DNA from: Leucoraja erinacea
Lineage: Eukaryota
NCBI RefSeq assembly: GCF_028641065.1
Contig: NC_073405.1
Span: 18,910,001 to 18,974,000 of the forward strand
Direction: 5' to 3'
Length of the DNA: 64,000 bases
The notes beneath the pieces were generated by a model. That model had not been told where the DNA came from. It did not search any database and saw nothing but the letters and a program-made list of their open reading frames with translations. Position numbers and translations under genes: made by a program. How positions within the stretch are numbered: position 1 is the first letter of the stretch; each line of letters opens with the position of its first letter. This document shows positions 51,897 through 64,000 of this stretch, piece after piece.

Positions 51897-52235
51897 TTTA
51901 GTTTGGTTTAGTTTAGCTTAGTTTAGTTTAGTTTAGTTTAGTTTAGAGATACAGTGCTGAACCAGACCCGGTGGCCCACTGAGTCCGCACCAACCAGCGG
52001 CCCCCACTCGTTATCACCACCCTACACAAACTAGGGACAATTTTACATTTACACCAAGCCAATTAACCTACAAACCTCTAGGTCCTTGGAGGAAATGGAA
52101 AATCTTGGAGAAACCCCACGCAGGTCACGGAAAGAACGTGCAAACTCCCTACAGACAGCACCCGTAGTCAGGATTGAATCTGGGTCTCTGGCGCGGTAAG
52201 GCAAGTAGCTCTAGCACTGCGCCATCATGCCATCC
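51897..52235 (-). mobile_element. HE1-like SINE, full length
   Basis: Long (TTTAG)n tail with reverse-complement body and head. Confidence 0.9.
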
Positions 52236-52989
52236 ATTTAGCTGCACAAAATTGTAGGCTTCTTACATCTAGTTTATAACTTACTCTTCTACCTATCTGT
52301 CTGACAGCAGAAGAAAAGGTAACTCTCCTGCAGTCTTTTTGTCCAAGTTAGTGATGCAGATTGTCAAAGGTTGAGACACTAACACTGATCTCCATGGCAC
52401 ACCACTCATTGCACCTTGCCAACCCGAAAAAGACCAATTTCATGCTTATATGGCCGCCAATTCTCTATCCAATGTGTAATCTTCCACACCATGTGGATTA
52501 TATGTAGGTATCCACCTTACGTAGAAATATACATAGAAACATTGAAAATAGGTGCAGGAGTAGGCCATACGGCCCTTCGAGCCTGCATCCCCACTCAATA
52601 TGATCATGGCTGATCACCCAAACGTGGGATGCCTCAGAAAACAATGACAATTTGATTTCAACTTAATATCAGTAGGTGTGAGATAGAACATAGAACACTC
52701 AGCACAGGAACAGGATCTTCGGCCCACAATGTTTGTGCCGGATAAACTGATCTCATCTTGGTTCATTTCCCTCTATTTCCTGCACTTCCATGTGCCAATG
52801 TAAAAGTCTCTTAAATGCCACTATCGAATCTGCCTCCACCACCACCTCTGGCTGTGCATTCCAGGCCCCCACCACTCTCCATGTAAAAAAACTTGCCCTG
52901 TACATCTCCATTACGCTTTGAAATAACTTGTAATTCCACAAAATGCCAAGTCACCATGATGCTCCTGAATCAGATATAGAGGCTATTTT

Positions 52990-53172
52990 GAAGATAGACA
53001 CGAAAAGCTGGAGTAACTCAGCGGGAAAGCATCTTCTCTGTCTGAAGAAGGGTCTCGACCCGATACGTCACTCATTCCTTCTCTCCAGAGATGCTGCCTG
53101 TCTCGTTGAGTTACTCCAGCCTTTCGTGTCTATCTTCGGTTTAAACCAGCATCTGCTGTTCCTTCCTACACA
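52990..53172. mobile_element. Inverted Penelope-like pLTR pair
   Basis: GAAGATAGACACGAAAAGCTGGAGTAACTCA...TGAGTTACTCCAGCCTTTCGTGTCTATCTTC with a hammerhead-like core at 53042-53069. Confidence 0.75.
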
Positions 53173-53336
53173 TATAGGCTATTTCATTGCTTAATTCCAG
53201 TTTTCATCTATCTCCTTAAGGGCCTGTCCCACTGACTCGCCAATATTTGTCAGTGGATTAAAACTAAAAACTTATCCCCGTTGTGTAAATTGGTTGTTAT
53301 ATTTGGCCTATAATTAATTATAGTCCCTAATTCTAA

Positions 53337-54021
53337 AGGGCCTGTCCTACTTGGCCGTCATTCACGCACCATTTACGTGACCTGCTAGCTTGTGGGTAGC
53401 GTGTGGGTAACGTATGGGTAGCGCAGAGCAGGCACATGGAGTGGTGTGGAGGAGTGTGGAGTGGTGTGGAGGAGTGTGGAGTGGCTTGGAGGAGTGTGGA
53501 TTTTGTTCTGCACTAAATCTTCGTGCGCCACCGACCTGTAGTGTAACTGATGGCCAAAGTGGGACAGGCCCAAGACCCTGGCGCGGCGCAACGTCTCGCC
53601 TCCAACAGCAGCAGAAACAGGCAAACGATCGCCGAGCTCGGCCTGGGGCTCACGGCCGTTGCGGAACCGGATCCGCCCCCACTCCTACTCCCAGAGAGGG
53701 GCCAAGACGATTGGAGATAGACACAAAATGCTGGAGTAACTCAGTGGGACCGGCAGCATCTCTGGAGAGAAGTAATGGGTGTCGTTTCCGGTCGAGACCC
53801 TTATTCAGACTGCAAAAGAATCTCGACCCGAAACATCATCCATTCATTCTCTCCAGAGATGCTGCCGGTCCCGCTGAGTTACTCCTGCATTTTGTGTCTA
53901 TCTTCAAACGATGTCACGCGCTCCAGACGACTGTGCGGACGCATGATTAGGCACGTGACCGTCGAGTGTGTCCGTCACTACCGGCCTGTCGTATAAATGA
54001 CGGCCAAGTGGGACAGGCCCT
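53337..54021. mobile_element. PIF/Harbinger-type MITE with nested inverted PLE pair (53715-53905)
   Basis: TIRs AGGGCCTGTCCTACTTGGCCGTCATT / AATGACGGCCAAGTGGGACAGGCCCT, flanked by TAA and TTA (TWA target). Confidence 0.85.
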
Positions 54022-54334
54022 TTAGTCTAGATTTGGCTCCATAAACATTTGATGCCTTCACATCAACTCCTACTGGCGTTCTAGATTCTTTCCTGCAGAC
54101 ATCAGGCTAAGAAACACTATAGCCTCCAAATAAGCGCTGAACTACATGGACTTTGGGGCATTTGTTTTGTCTTTTTACAAGATTATTCTTTCTTTGTTTT
54201 TATTTGTATGTGTGTGTGTTTATATACATATATACTAGACCAAGTGGGACCTGCTGAGTCCCATGTTCACACCGGAGGGCTGGACCCCAACGCAATATTC
54301 CACCTCTCCACCAATTCCAATATTGGTGGGCAGT

Positions 54335-54372
<38 letters not shown>

Positions 54373-54539
54373 TTCTGGTGCGCTAGTATGGATGTTGTGA
54401 GCTGAAGGGACTGGTTTACAGCGGGCTAGTATGGACATTGTGGGCCAAATGGATTCTTAGGGTGGCAGCTCAGTCACTTAAGCCTGATGTGCTGGCAGCT
54501 CACTCATGGCTGGTGGGCTCACGTCTATTCCTTGAAATT

Positions 54540-55062
54540 CCATTTAAAGCAGGGCTCAAGGCCACCAAATTCAAATTCAGTTTCTACCATTTCAAGCAGG
54601 GTGCAAGGCCACCAAATTCAAGTGCAGTTTCATACCACTTCAAGCAGGGTGCAAGGCCACCAAATTCAGGTGCAGTTTCCTACCACTTCAAGCAGGGTGC
54701 AAGGCCACCAAACACAAGTGCTGTTTCCTACCACTTCAAGCAGGGTGCAAAGCCACCAAACTCAAGTGCATTTTAATCCCACTTCATGCAGGGTGCAAGA
54801 CCACCAAATTCAAGTGCAGTTTTTGCAAGACCACCAAATTCAAGTGCAGTTTCATGCCACTTCATACAGGGTGCGAGGCCACCAAATTCAAGTGCAGCTT
54901 CTGACCATTTCAAGCAGGTAGAAGGCCACCAAATTCAAGGACAATTTCATACCACTTCAAGCAGGGTGCAAGGCCACCAAATTCAAGTGCAGTTTCATAC
55001 CATTCCATGCAGGGTGCAAGGCCACCAAATTCAAATGCAGTTTCATACCATTTCAAGCAGGG
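54540..55062. repeat. 48-bp minisatellite (~10-11 copies) within the Helitron
   Basis: Unit TTCAAGCAGGGTGCAAGGCCACCAAATTCAAGTGCAGTTTCATACCAC; 16-aa periodic ORFs. Confidence 0.9.
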
Positions 55063-55543
55063 TGAAATCACCATAAAACCACCATAAAACCACACAAAAC
55101 ACCACATAAACACCACACTTGCAGTTCAGTAGATATTCAGTATATTCAGTTGATTCACAGCTCAGAGTGTCATGACCTTCTCTACCCCATCCTGTGGAAG
55201 GGGGTGGGGTAGACATCCTGTAGAAGGGGGGTGGGGAGAGAGAGGGATGGGAGATGGGGGAGTAGTTGGGTCACGAAACTGCTGAATAAAGCTCCTCGGC
55301 CCACAGCCTATTCTCTGTACTCCCAATATGGCAACAATGTATTTGAACATTGGGCATTGTGACATCACACGATGGAACGTTCACCGGGGCTGTGGCTCCT
55401 GCAAAGGCATATGTAAATGAATCCATTCCGATTGGACGTCCGCGAGCATCGGGCATTGTGACATCGCACGGCGGGAACGAATCGAAAGGCAGGAAGGGAT
55501 CCGTACTGCAGGCGGACGGATGGATTTGACTTTTATATATTAA

Positions 55544-56166
55544 CTAGACCAAGTGCAGAGCGTTGGGTCTGCTCCCCCAATGGTGTGATTCCCCCAACCC
55601 AATATTCCACCATGCACCCGTCTCCTCCAATGGAACTGAAGCCGTTCCCAAATGTAAGTTTCCAGCACCCCCCTGCCTCCCTCAATTGCACCTCCCCTGC
55701 CTGCTGCAGCAGTGAAAAGTTCAGTGTTCCTGTCTTGCAACTTTGTTTCGAAGTGTGTTGGAAGCTGATAGGAAGGAGCAGCCGTCAACAAATCAAAAGG
55801 CAGGAAGGGATCCGTACTGCAGGCGGACGGATGGATTTGAGTTTTATATATTAACTAGACCAAGTGCAGACCCGTTGGGTCTGCTCCCCCAATGGTGTGA
55901 TTCCCCCAACCCAATATTCCACCATGCACCCGTCTCCTCCAATGGAACTGAAGCCGTTGCCAAATGTAAGTTTCCAGCACTCCCCTGCCTCCCTCAATTG
56001 CACCTCCCCTGCCTGCTGCAGCAGTGAAAAGTTCAGTGTTCCTGTCTTGCAACTTTGTTTCGAAGTGTGTTGGAAGCTGATAGGAAGGAGCAGCCATCAA
56101 CGAATCAAAAGGCAGGAAGGGATCCGTACTGCAGGCGGACGGATGGATTTGAGTTTTATATATTAA
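55544..56166. repeat. Near-identical 311-bp tandem duplication (two mini-Helitron units)
   Basis: 55544-55854 vs 55855-56165 differ at only a handful of bases. Confidence 0.95.
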
Positions 56167-57229
56167 TAGATAGATACACACACACACACATATACACACA
56201 CACAATTAAAAAAAAAAAATTATATTGTTTACACAGTACTATGTTTACATATTCTGTTGCACTGCTGCAAGTAAACCATTCATTGTTCTAACTGGAACAT
56301 ATGACAATAAAACACACTTGACCCTCAACTCCTTTTAAACCAATTCTCTGCAGCATAGATAATTATCTTGAATCTGCTTGTCTTTTCATCCTTGGTTGTC
56401 TCTGCACAGAGGGGTGCTGATCCATCAACTTTAAGGCAGAATTCCAGAGTTAATGGTGACATTTCTCAAATATGCATGCTCTAAATCTATCTGCGTGTTC
56501 AATAGCAATGCAACTCATTCCAGTGTTTAGATTTGCAGCCAGCACACAGAATGTACATTTAAGTACTAGATTAATGCCCACATTTTCATCCTTACAAACA
56601 CTAATCTGCTGTTTGTTCATCTAAAATGGTTAGTTTAACACCTCATTTCACTAACTGCCAGCATCTAGCCAATATAAATGTCTTTAAGGTGTTTTAAACT
56701 ACTCAATTTGTGTAAATATAGAGGCCCATTTTTCTCAAAGTAAATGAGTTGCTTAAGCCACAGAGGACTTAGCAGTGATTTAGGAGAGGGAATTGGAACT
56801 GAATTGAGCCATACGGGAAAATCGGACGAGGCCCTTTTTGTCCTATATCTCAAAGCTGGTGAGGATGTTGCTGATCAGAACAAACAACTGTCAAAGAACA
56901 CAATGACTGAAAATCTCCCAGAATCACAGGAGCGTGATGCTGTGGAAATATGCTCTTGAATTTAGATCAGCGATTAACTTACACTTGTTTGATTTAGTGC
57001 CGGATTCATTTCAGATCACGATTTCAGCTTCAAGCTAGCGTGGCGTTAAACCCTAAATATAGGGCGCAGTTTTTTGAACGGCAACACAAGCTCAAGCTAA
57101 CTAATGTTGTAGGTTCCTAGACCTGCAACATTAATCTTTCCTCCATCCAAAGCCTAACCTGACAAGTATTTCCAACATAGACACAAAATGCTGGAGTGAC
57201 TCAGCGGGACAGGCAGGAATAGAAGGAAT

Positions 57230-57265
57230 GGGTGACGTTTCGGGTCGAGACCCTTCTTCAGACTG
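57230..57265 (-). ncRNA. Minimal type I hammerhead ribozyme motif in a Penelope-like pLTR (57177-57265)
   Basis: Minus strand AGT-CTGAAGA-A-GGGT-CTCG-ACCC-GAAAC-GTC-ACC: full catalytic core, 4-bp helix II and loop-less palindromic ACGU helix III. Confidence 0.65.
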
Positions 57266-58766
57266 AACTAAGTATTTCCAGTATTCTCTGTTTTTAAAAT
57301 TGATCTGCTCATAATCACCGCATTTGTTGACCATTTGAAACTGGCGTGTGATAGTCCTAGTCATTCGTTTATTGTCACATTCACCGAGGTACAGTGAAAA
57401 GCTTTTGTTGCGTGCTAACCAGTCAGCGGAAATACAATACATGATTACAATCGAGTCATCGAATGTGTACAGACACATGATGAAGGGAATATCAGGAATG
57501 ATGTTTAGTGCAAGATAAAGCCAGTAAAGTCCGAACAATGATAGTCCAAGGGTTTCCAATGAGGTAGATAGTAGTGCAGGACTGCTTTCTGTTGATAGGA
57601 TGGTTCAGTTGCCTGATAATGTCCTCTTAGATTTTGTAATACAGTGAAAAGGATTTTTGTTGCGCCAGCTAAACCAGGCAGCGTAAATACAATACATGAT
57701 GACAATCGAACAACGAATGTGTACAGACCAAGATGAAAGTGTATCAGGAATGATGTTTAGTCATGCAAGATAATTAGCCAGTCAAAGTCCCAACAAGCCG
57801 AGCATAGTCCAAGGGTTGTCCACACCCCCCCCACCATACACTAGGTGCAGGACATTGCTATCTCTGTCGATAGGATGGTTACCGGATGCATTCCTGATAA
57901 TGTCCTCTTACCCCATTTTGTGCAATAATTAGCCATAGTAGAAGGATCTTGTGGAAGGAGGAAATTATGCCAGTGGGGAGAATAAAAGTGGGATTAGCGC
58001 TAATGGCAGAGTGGACTCGAAGGGATGAAGGACCTGTTTCCATGTTAAATAATTCCTAGGACCGTTTATCATTTCAGGACTAACCACTTGCTGTTGTCTG
58101 TTAGCAGCAATACCAAGCAGCTGCTTTAGTGTCAAGGGCACAGGCTGTGTCCTCATCTAAGGTTGAATGCTACTGTAAGTGGCCTCTCAGTCCAGCAGGT
58201 CCGAGGCATTGAAATTCACAGCCTCAACTACAGGACAAATGCATTCCCCCCCCCCCCCCCCCCCCCCCCCCATGTGACTGCATGACACTAGGTTCAACCC
58301 TGAGATTCATTGCTATCTGTGTGGCGTTGACAGACTCACTGCTGTTACCGGATGCATTCCCCTCTGATGTTCACAGACCCCAAAAAATGTGCAGGGTAGT
58401 AATTAGCCACTAGTTCCTCCTAGAGTGTGGGTGAGATGTGGAAACTGGAGGAAATTATGGGGACGTGGGGAGAATAAAAGTGGGATTAGCGCTAATGGCA
58501 GAGTGAACTCGCAGGGATGAAGGACCCGTTTCCATGTTGAATAATCCTAGGACCGTTTATCATTTCATGACTACCACTTGCTGTTGTCTGTTAGCCAGCA
58601 ATACCAGTCTGCAGCTGGCTTTAGTGAGAGGGCACAGACCAAAGCTTGGCATCTAAGTTAAATGCTACTGTAAGTTGGCCTCTCAGTCCATCTTTGGTCT
58701 CCTCCATTGAAAGTCAGCAGCCTTCAACTACAGGACAAATGCATTAGGACATGGGGAAGACACTAA

Positions 58767-58922
58767 AGGGCCTGTCCCACCAGCATGTGACTGCATGCGG
58801 CTAGCGCAACCTAACGTGGTCGCTTGAGCAGTACGGCCTCACGGGGCCGGAGCCATATGGAGTTGTGCGGGGCTGGTCCCGACATCGCGCGGGGCTCCGA
58901 AAAACTGACACTGTCCAAAAAC
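58767..58922 (+). mobile_element. PIF/Harbinger MITE left-end fragment
   Basis: TAA|AGGGCCTGTCCCAC start followed by a CpG-rich body. Confidence 0.6.
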
Positions 58923-59084
58923 TGGGAAGAAAGCATGCGTTGAAAATTAATCTATTGTCTTGTCCTTTCACAGTTGAGAATTAAAACAACTGCTTTTCTG
59001 TTCTTCATCATCCTCACCTTACTTTTCCTCTATAGCCACTTCCTCCTTCCTTGGCATCTCAGCTGAGGTATACAGCACAATATA

Positions 59085-59510
59085 ATATGATAGAACTTTA
59101 TTCATCCCAGGAGGGAAATTGAGCTGCCAATAGTCATAAAAACACAAAATACATGAAACATGAAATTAAAGTGACGAGTGGAAAGGATTTTGGTTGTGCA
59201 AAGATTGGGGAGGTGGAAGTGGGCGGGGAGGAGGGAGGGGGAGCCAGTCTCAGTCTCAGTCTACCCCAGGACAGAAGGGGAAGGAGTTTGTACAGGATCT
59301 CCTGTGGCGTTCTGGTTCTGCATCTTGATGGAACCAGACTGATGTTGAAGGTACTCCTCAGGTTGACCAGTGTGTCATGGAGGGGGTGAGCTGTATTGTC
59401 CAGGATGCTCCGCAGTTTGAGGAGCATTCGCCCCTCCAAGACCACCTCCCATGAATCCAACTCCGCCCCCAAGACGGACCCAGCCTTCCTGATGAGTTTG
59501 TTAATTCCTG
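59085..59510 (-). mobile_element. Rex1/Babar LINE 3' end
   Basis: NKLIRKAGSVLGAELDSWEVVLEGRMLLKLRSILDNTAHPLHDTL. Confidence 0.85.
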
Positions 59511-61132
59511 ATGAGGTTATGAAGTTGTGAGGGTGTGCAACCCATCAAAGGCACAATTAATTTTGAGACCCGCTTTCAGCATTGCAAGGCTCATTCACAA
59601 CAGTCCAGGCAACAAAAATGTTGTTTGAAGATGCTGCTGCTGCATTCTATGGGATGCAAGTGTAACTTCCATTATCCAAGCGCTGGCCTTGTGTGCAAGG
59701 GTTGTGCCCTGGACTCAACAGCCATGTGGTGAGAGGGTTTCGTTAGTTATCCAATAGCCACCCTTTGCCTTAACACAACCGTTCATCCATTAAGCACATG
59801 GTGAACTCATGGGGAAGGAACACATGACGATTGTTGTCTGAATAGCAGGCATTCTCCAGCAATGACACGATGAATACAGTCACCGACCATTTGTACATTC
59901 GGGATGCACAATTCTTTGCAGTTATGGTACGTCTCTGAATCCAACACAATGGAATTTCAGTATGTGCCACTCTACTCCACAGGGAAACACTAAATGCTCA
60001 AAATCTCCACGCACCTGCTCCCTCCTGCTGTGCCAAACAAGAAGGAGAATTCTACTCTCCTCCTGAGCGGCGTGCCAAAGTGTTCCATGTTGCAGCTTAA
60101 ACAATACTAGAAGTGTAACATTTATCAATGCTGTATCTTAACTATTGTTCTATTTCTGCTGTCATCTGCAGATCTACACAGTTGGGCTTTAATAGCCATC
60201 ATATCTAACAGAACAGGAAATGTGTTGACCCATTGTTCCTATGCTGCTACTTTAAAAGGGTTGTATAATTATTCTTAACTCTCCATTGTATTCCCACATA
60301 ATCCTGCAGGATCCTGTTTTTCAGCACTGATTTAATTTTGCTTTACAAAAATTCACAGTGTCATGGAAACATACAACATAGAAACAGGCTCTTCAGGCCA
60401 CGGAGTACATGTTGACCATCAACCACTCGATGACGCTAATTCTATATTAATCCCATTTTTAATTTTTCCTGCATTTTCATTAACGGCCAAATTCTAACAC
60501 ACAACAATACAAGAGGTACAATTTATCTACATAAACTCAGATTACAATTTACTGTGCCAAAAATAACACTTTCACGCGTTATTTTAAATCTGGATCCTTT
60601 CTTTAAAACCACTCCTCCCTCTTCCAATTAACCAGAAGTCCGTAGTTTTACGCACTTCAATCAAACTTTCTCCTGAATTTTTTTTCCCCAAATAAGAAAT
60701 CCCATCTTCAGTCTCTTCCCAAAAACAGTTAGTTTGCTGTTCTATGAACTGTTGGTTTGTGCCAACAAACCTCCTGAGGGATGTTGTACAACTGGAATAT
60801 GTTTGTCTCATTGGCAAAGTGAAGACAAAATGTTCCACGGTTGATAATATTTTCACATATGCCTGGACTCAAAGGGCTGAGCTCATGAAGTACATGCCGA
60901 GCTTTCAGAATCCTGCAAATTGGAACTGGAAAGTGCAGATTCTCCTGCCGTGCTTTTGAAGCTGATGTTTGAATATTGTTCTGAATGTTTTTTTTCTTTG
61001 CGAAGTGGGGGCGTGAGGTGATAATCAGTTATTTCTAATGCAAGGTTCCCCAGGTAGCTTACAATGTACTTTCTCTCTGTACCCAGGTGGAAGAGAGGTT
61101 ATAGAGAGCATATATTACTATCTTCAATCTTA

Positions 61133-61400
61133 TGATACGAAACGATACGATACGATAGAACTTTATTTATCTCAGGAGGGAATTTGATCTGCCAACACAA
61201 AACACAAATACATGAAACATGAAATTAAAGTGACGAGCGGAAAGGATTGGGGATGTGCAAAGATTGGGGAGGGGAGGGGAGGGGAGTCAGTCTACCCCAC
61301 GACAGAAGGAAGAGGAGTTGTACAGTTTGATAGCCACAGGGAAGAAGGATCTCCTGAGGCATTCTGTACTGCATCTTGGTGGAACCAGTCTGTTGCTGGT
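61133..61400 (-). mobile_element. Rex1/Babar LINE 3' end
   Basis: Minus strand NRLVPPRCSTE..RRSFFPVAIKLYNSS, then AATAAA and a (TATCG)n tail. Confidence 0.85.
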
Positions 61401-63389
61401 TTGAACATTTTTGAAGAATATTTACCTTATTAACCATTTGTTTCCCAAAGAGAGGTTGATCTAAAGTTTATCAAGTTAAGAGGCAGGAGACTACAGATGC
61501 TGGAATAGGGAGTGTTAAACAAACGTCTGGAGAAAATCAATGGGCAATGGGTCAGGCAGCATCTGGGAGGGAGGAAATGTCGATGTTTCAAGTTGAAATG
61601 CTGCATCAGGACTGAGTGTGGAGAGGGAAGATAGCAGTGTCAGGAGGAGGAGTTGGGGTTTCAGTTTTAGTTTTAGAGATACAGTGCAGAAACAGTCCCT
61701 TTGGCCCACCGAGTCCACGCAAACCAGCGATCCCCACACATATAAACACGCACAAACACATATTAACATCTCCTACACAAACTAGGGAAAATCTTTACCA
61801 AGCCAATTTACCTACATACCTGGTGGTGTGGTTAGGTAGGTGATATGTGGAAAACTTATCAAGTTCCCTCTGACAACTCAGAACAACATCAGTGTCAAAC
61901 CCATCTCATCTCCTCCACTTGGCCTTCTCAAAGTTCAAGTTAAATACTTATTGAAAGCATCTGCCTACCATTTATCACTGGGCCTATAGTAGGTGAAATG
62001 GAGTAAACTTTTCCAGTTAAAGACCCTTCACAAGTTCTCATCGAGTCATAGAGAAACACACCACCAAAAACAGGCCCTTTGGCCCACTGGGGCCATGCCA
62101 ATCTTCAACCGCCTATTTACATTCATCATACAATAATCTTTTGTTTACATTTTTCTGGTCAATTCTGTCTCTCCTTCTGCAGATGTTGCCTGGTCTGCTA
62201 TTTCCAGAGCTCTCTGTTTTATTTCAAATTTTTAGCATTTTCAGTTATGTGTTGCACTTCATATTTGTTCCTGGGGTCTATTACCGCTGAGCTCAACCCA
62301 AGCCTTAGGCATATGTACAGTCTAAACCCATGTGTAAGACATTATGCAGAGGATTAGACAGATAACTGTGCTTAGCTATACAATAAACAACTTAAGACAT
62401 AGAAAGAATTGTGCAACAAAAATTCAGTTGCTTAAACCACATGACTTACCCAGGAGATTTAAAATGGAGTAGACTTGGCTTCAAACTGTGCTGAGAGTTG
62501 GCAATGCTGAGGTAATTTGGAATTGGACAGAAAATAATGGGAGTCTCAGACCCTGCTGGTTCCACATTTTTCCTTTCACCAATTTGCAGGTTTTTAAATA
62601 GTCTGGCATGTACGTAGGATATATGCCTCTTGCTGTTACTTGGCTTTGCAAGTAAGTGATTGCATCTTCACATGGACACAGTGACCCACCAAGGCCCCTT
62701 ACATCAAAAACAGGAGGTTTTGTTCTGAGAGCTCTATTTTATTGATCTGGATCCAACTGCGGAATTCTCCAATTGACCTCTTGGAGTCAATGGATAACTC
62801 AGCTGGACTTCAATTTGATTCCAGGAACTGCTGCCTCAGCAGGGGTGTGAGTGGCACACTGGGTGTTTACAGATGTTCTTTTTGCTTCCTCTGTGAACTT
62901 GTACTGCTTTAAATAACCTAGAACACCGTGATCTAATTATATAAACCTGAACACAGAAAATAGTTGGTCAAAGCTTTTCACTGCCATATTGTTCAGTTTA
63001 GAGGTACAGCATGGAGACAGGCCCTTCAGCCCACAAAGTCCATGCTGGGATCATCGATCACCCATTCGCACTAGTTCTACGTTATCCTTTTTACTCAGGA
63101 TCGAACCTGGGTCTCTGGCGATGTGAGGGAGCTTGCCTGCTGGCCCATTGTTGGAATCATACTGCCAAATAAACAATAAATTAAAATACATTTTAAATAT
63201 TTATTGTGAGGGAAATCAGCTGGGTAAAATCTGAGAGTGTGTTAATTGAAATATTTGGAGAATAAAAATGAGTATGCATATGCTTCGTATTAGTGAGCAG
63301 GTTAGATTTGGTGGCCTTAAGGGCCTTTTTCTGTGTTGTATCTCTCTATGACTTCAAGGGTCATTTGTTCTAACTCTATCAGCGACGTG

Positions 63390-63700
63390 GGTGGCAGAGT
63401 GGCACAGTGGTAGAGCTACTGCCTCACAGCGCTAGAGACCCAGATTCGATCCAGACTATGGGTGTTATCTGTGCGGAGTTTGTATGTTCTCCTTGACCAC
63501 ATGGGTTTTCACCGGGTGCTCTGGTTTCCTGTTCCAAAAACGTGTAGGCTTGTAGGTTAATTGCCTTCTGCAAATTGCCCCGAGGGTATAGGATGCGAAA
63601 GTGGGATAACATAGAACTCGTTACTCGCACAAGTGATCGATGGTCGGTGTCGATTCAGTGGGCTGAAGGGCCTGTTTCCATCCTTTACCTCTCTAAACTA
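63390..63700 (+). mobile_element. HE1-like SINE, full length
   Basis: GGTGGCAGAGTGGCACAGTGGTAGAG head, TTCGATCC B-box, V-domain and CR1-like tail. Confidence 0.9.
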
Positions 63701-64000
63701 TAAAGTACAGCCTAAACATCCATGCATCATATGTAAACACACATAAAATGACATCTGATCACATGTTTTATATACGGTAAGTAATTATAAACCGATGAGC
63801 AAATGTGTTCTTAACTCAGGGTAAACCAGCGTGCTATAAATAGACCAAAATATATATCCCAGCACGCTGCAAAGAACCAAAGAGCTTTATATGGAGCTTT
63901 TCAAACAAACTGGGAGCTGTGAGGAAACGCTGATGCTGCTAACACAAACATTGCAGGCTTTTCTGAACCCATGTACTATGGCAATTGACAGAGAGTTATC

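Larger units (their letters stand above)
54235..56170 (-). mobile_element. Non-autonomous Helitron, three head-to-tail units
   Basis: Minus strand A|TCTATTAATATATAAAA at 56170, 3' hairpin + ACTTGGTCTAG|T at 54235, and internal hairpin-CTAG ends at 55855 and 55544. Confidence 0.85.

Noticed and set aside
54540-55062. CRISPR-like array or repeat protein (HFKQGARPPNSSAVSY)n
   Set aside because: Contiguous tandem units with no unique spacers, eukaryotic context, and stops/frameshifts in the array.
56744-56959. Possible coding exon (AGEDVADQNKQLSKNTM...)
   Set aside because: No recognisable homology and no supporting neighbouring exons.
62450-62506. 57-nt minus-strand AG..GTAAGT candidate exon
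   Set aside because: Peptide not recognisable and one frame contains a stop; cannot be supported without expression data.

Overview
Vertebrate genomic DNA, most likely from a cartilaginous fish (skate/ray-type), inferred from abundant HE1-like tRNA/V-SINEs with CR1-type tails, SacSINE/DeuSINE-like relics and CR1 LINEs. I found no supportable host protein-coding exon or RNA gene. The window reads as intronic or intergenic and is dominated by transposable elements: many short Penelope-like (PLE) pLTR fragments carrying a minimal hammerhead-ribozyme motif, CR1, Rex1/Babar and RTE LINE fragments, three solo LTRs and a PIF/Harbinger MITE. The most structured items are (i) a DIRS1-type element (11639-16031) with near-perfect ITRs and ICR but decayed ORFs and nested PLE/CR1 insertions, (ii) a head-to-tail concatemer of three non-autonomous Helitron units (54235-56170), (iii) a 117-bp segment duplicated next to PLE 3' ends, (iv) an unclassified GC-rich retro-repeat with a conserved 3' hairpin, and (v) a garbled duplication at 57.4-58.7 kb that may be an assembly artefact. 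All calls are by eye without database searches, and boundaries of degraded repeats are approximate.
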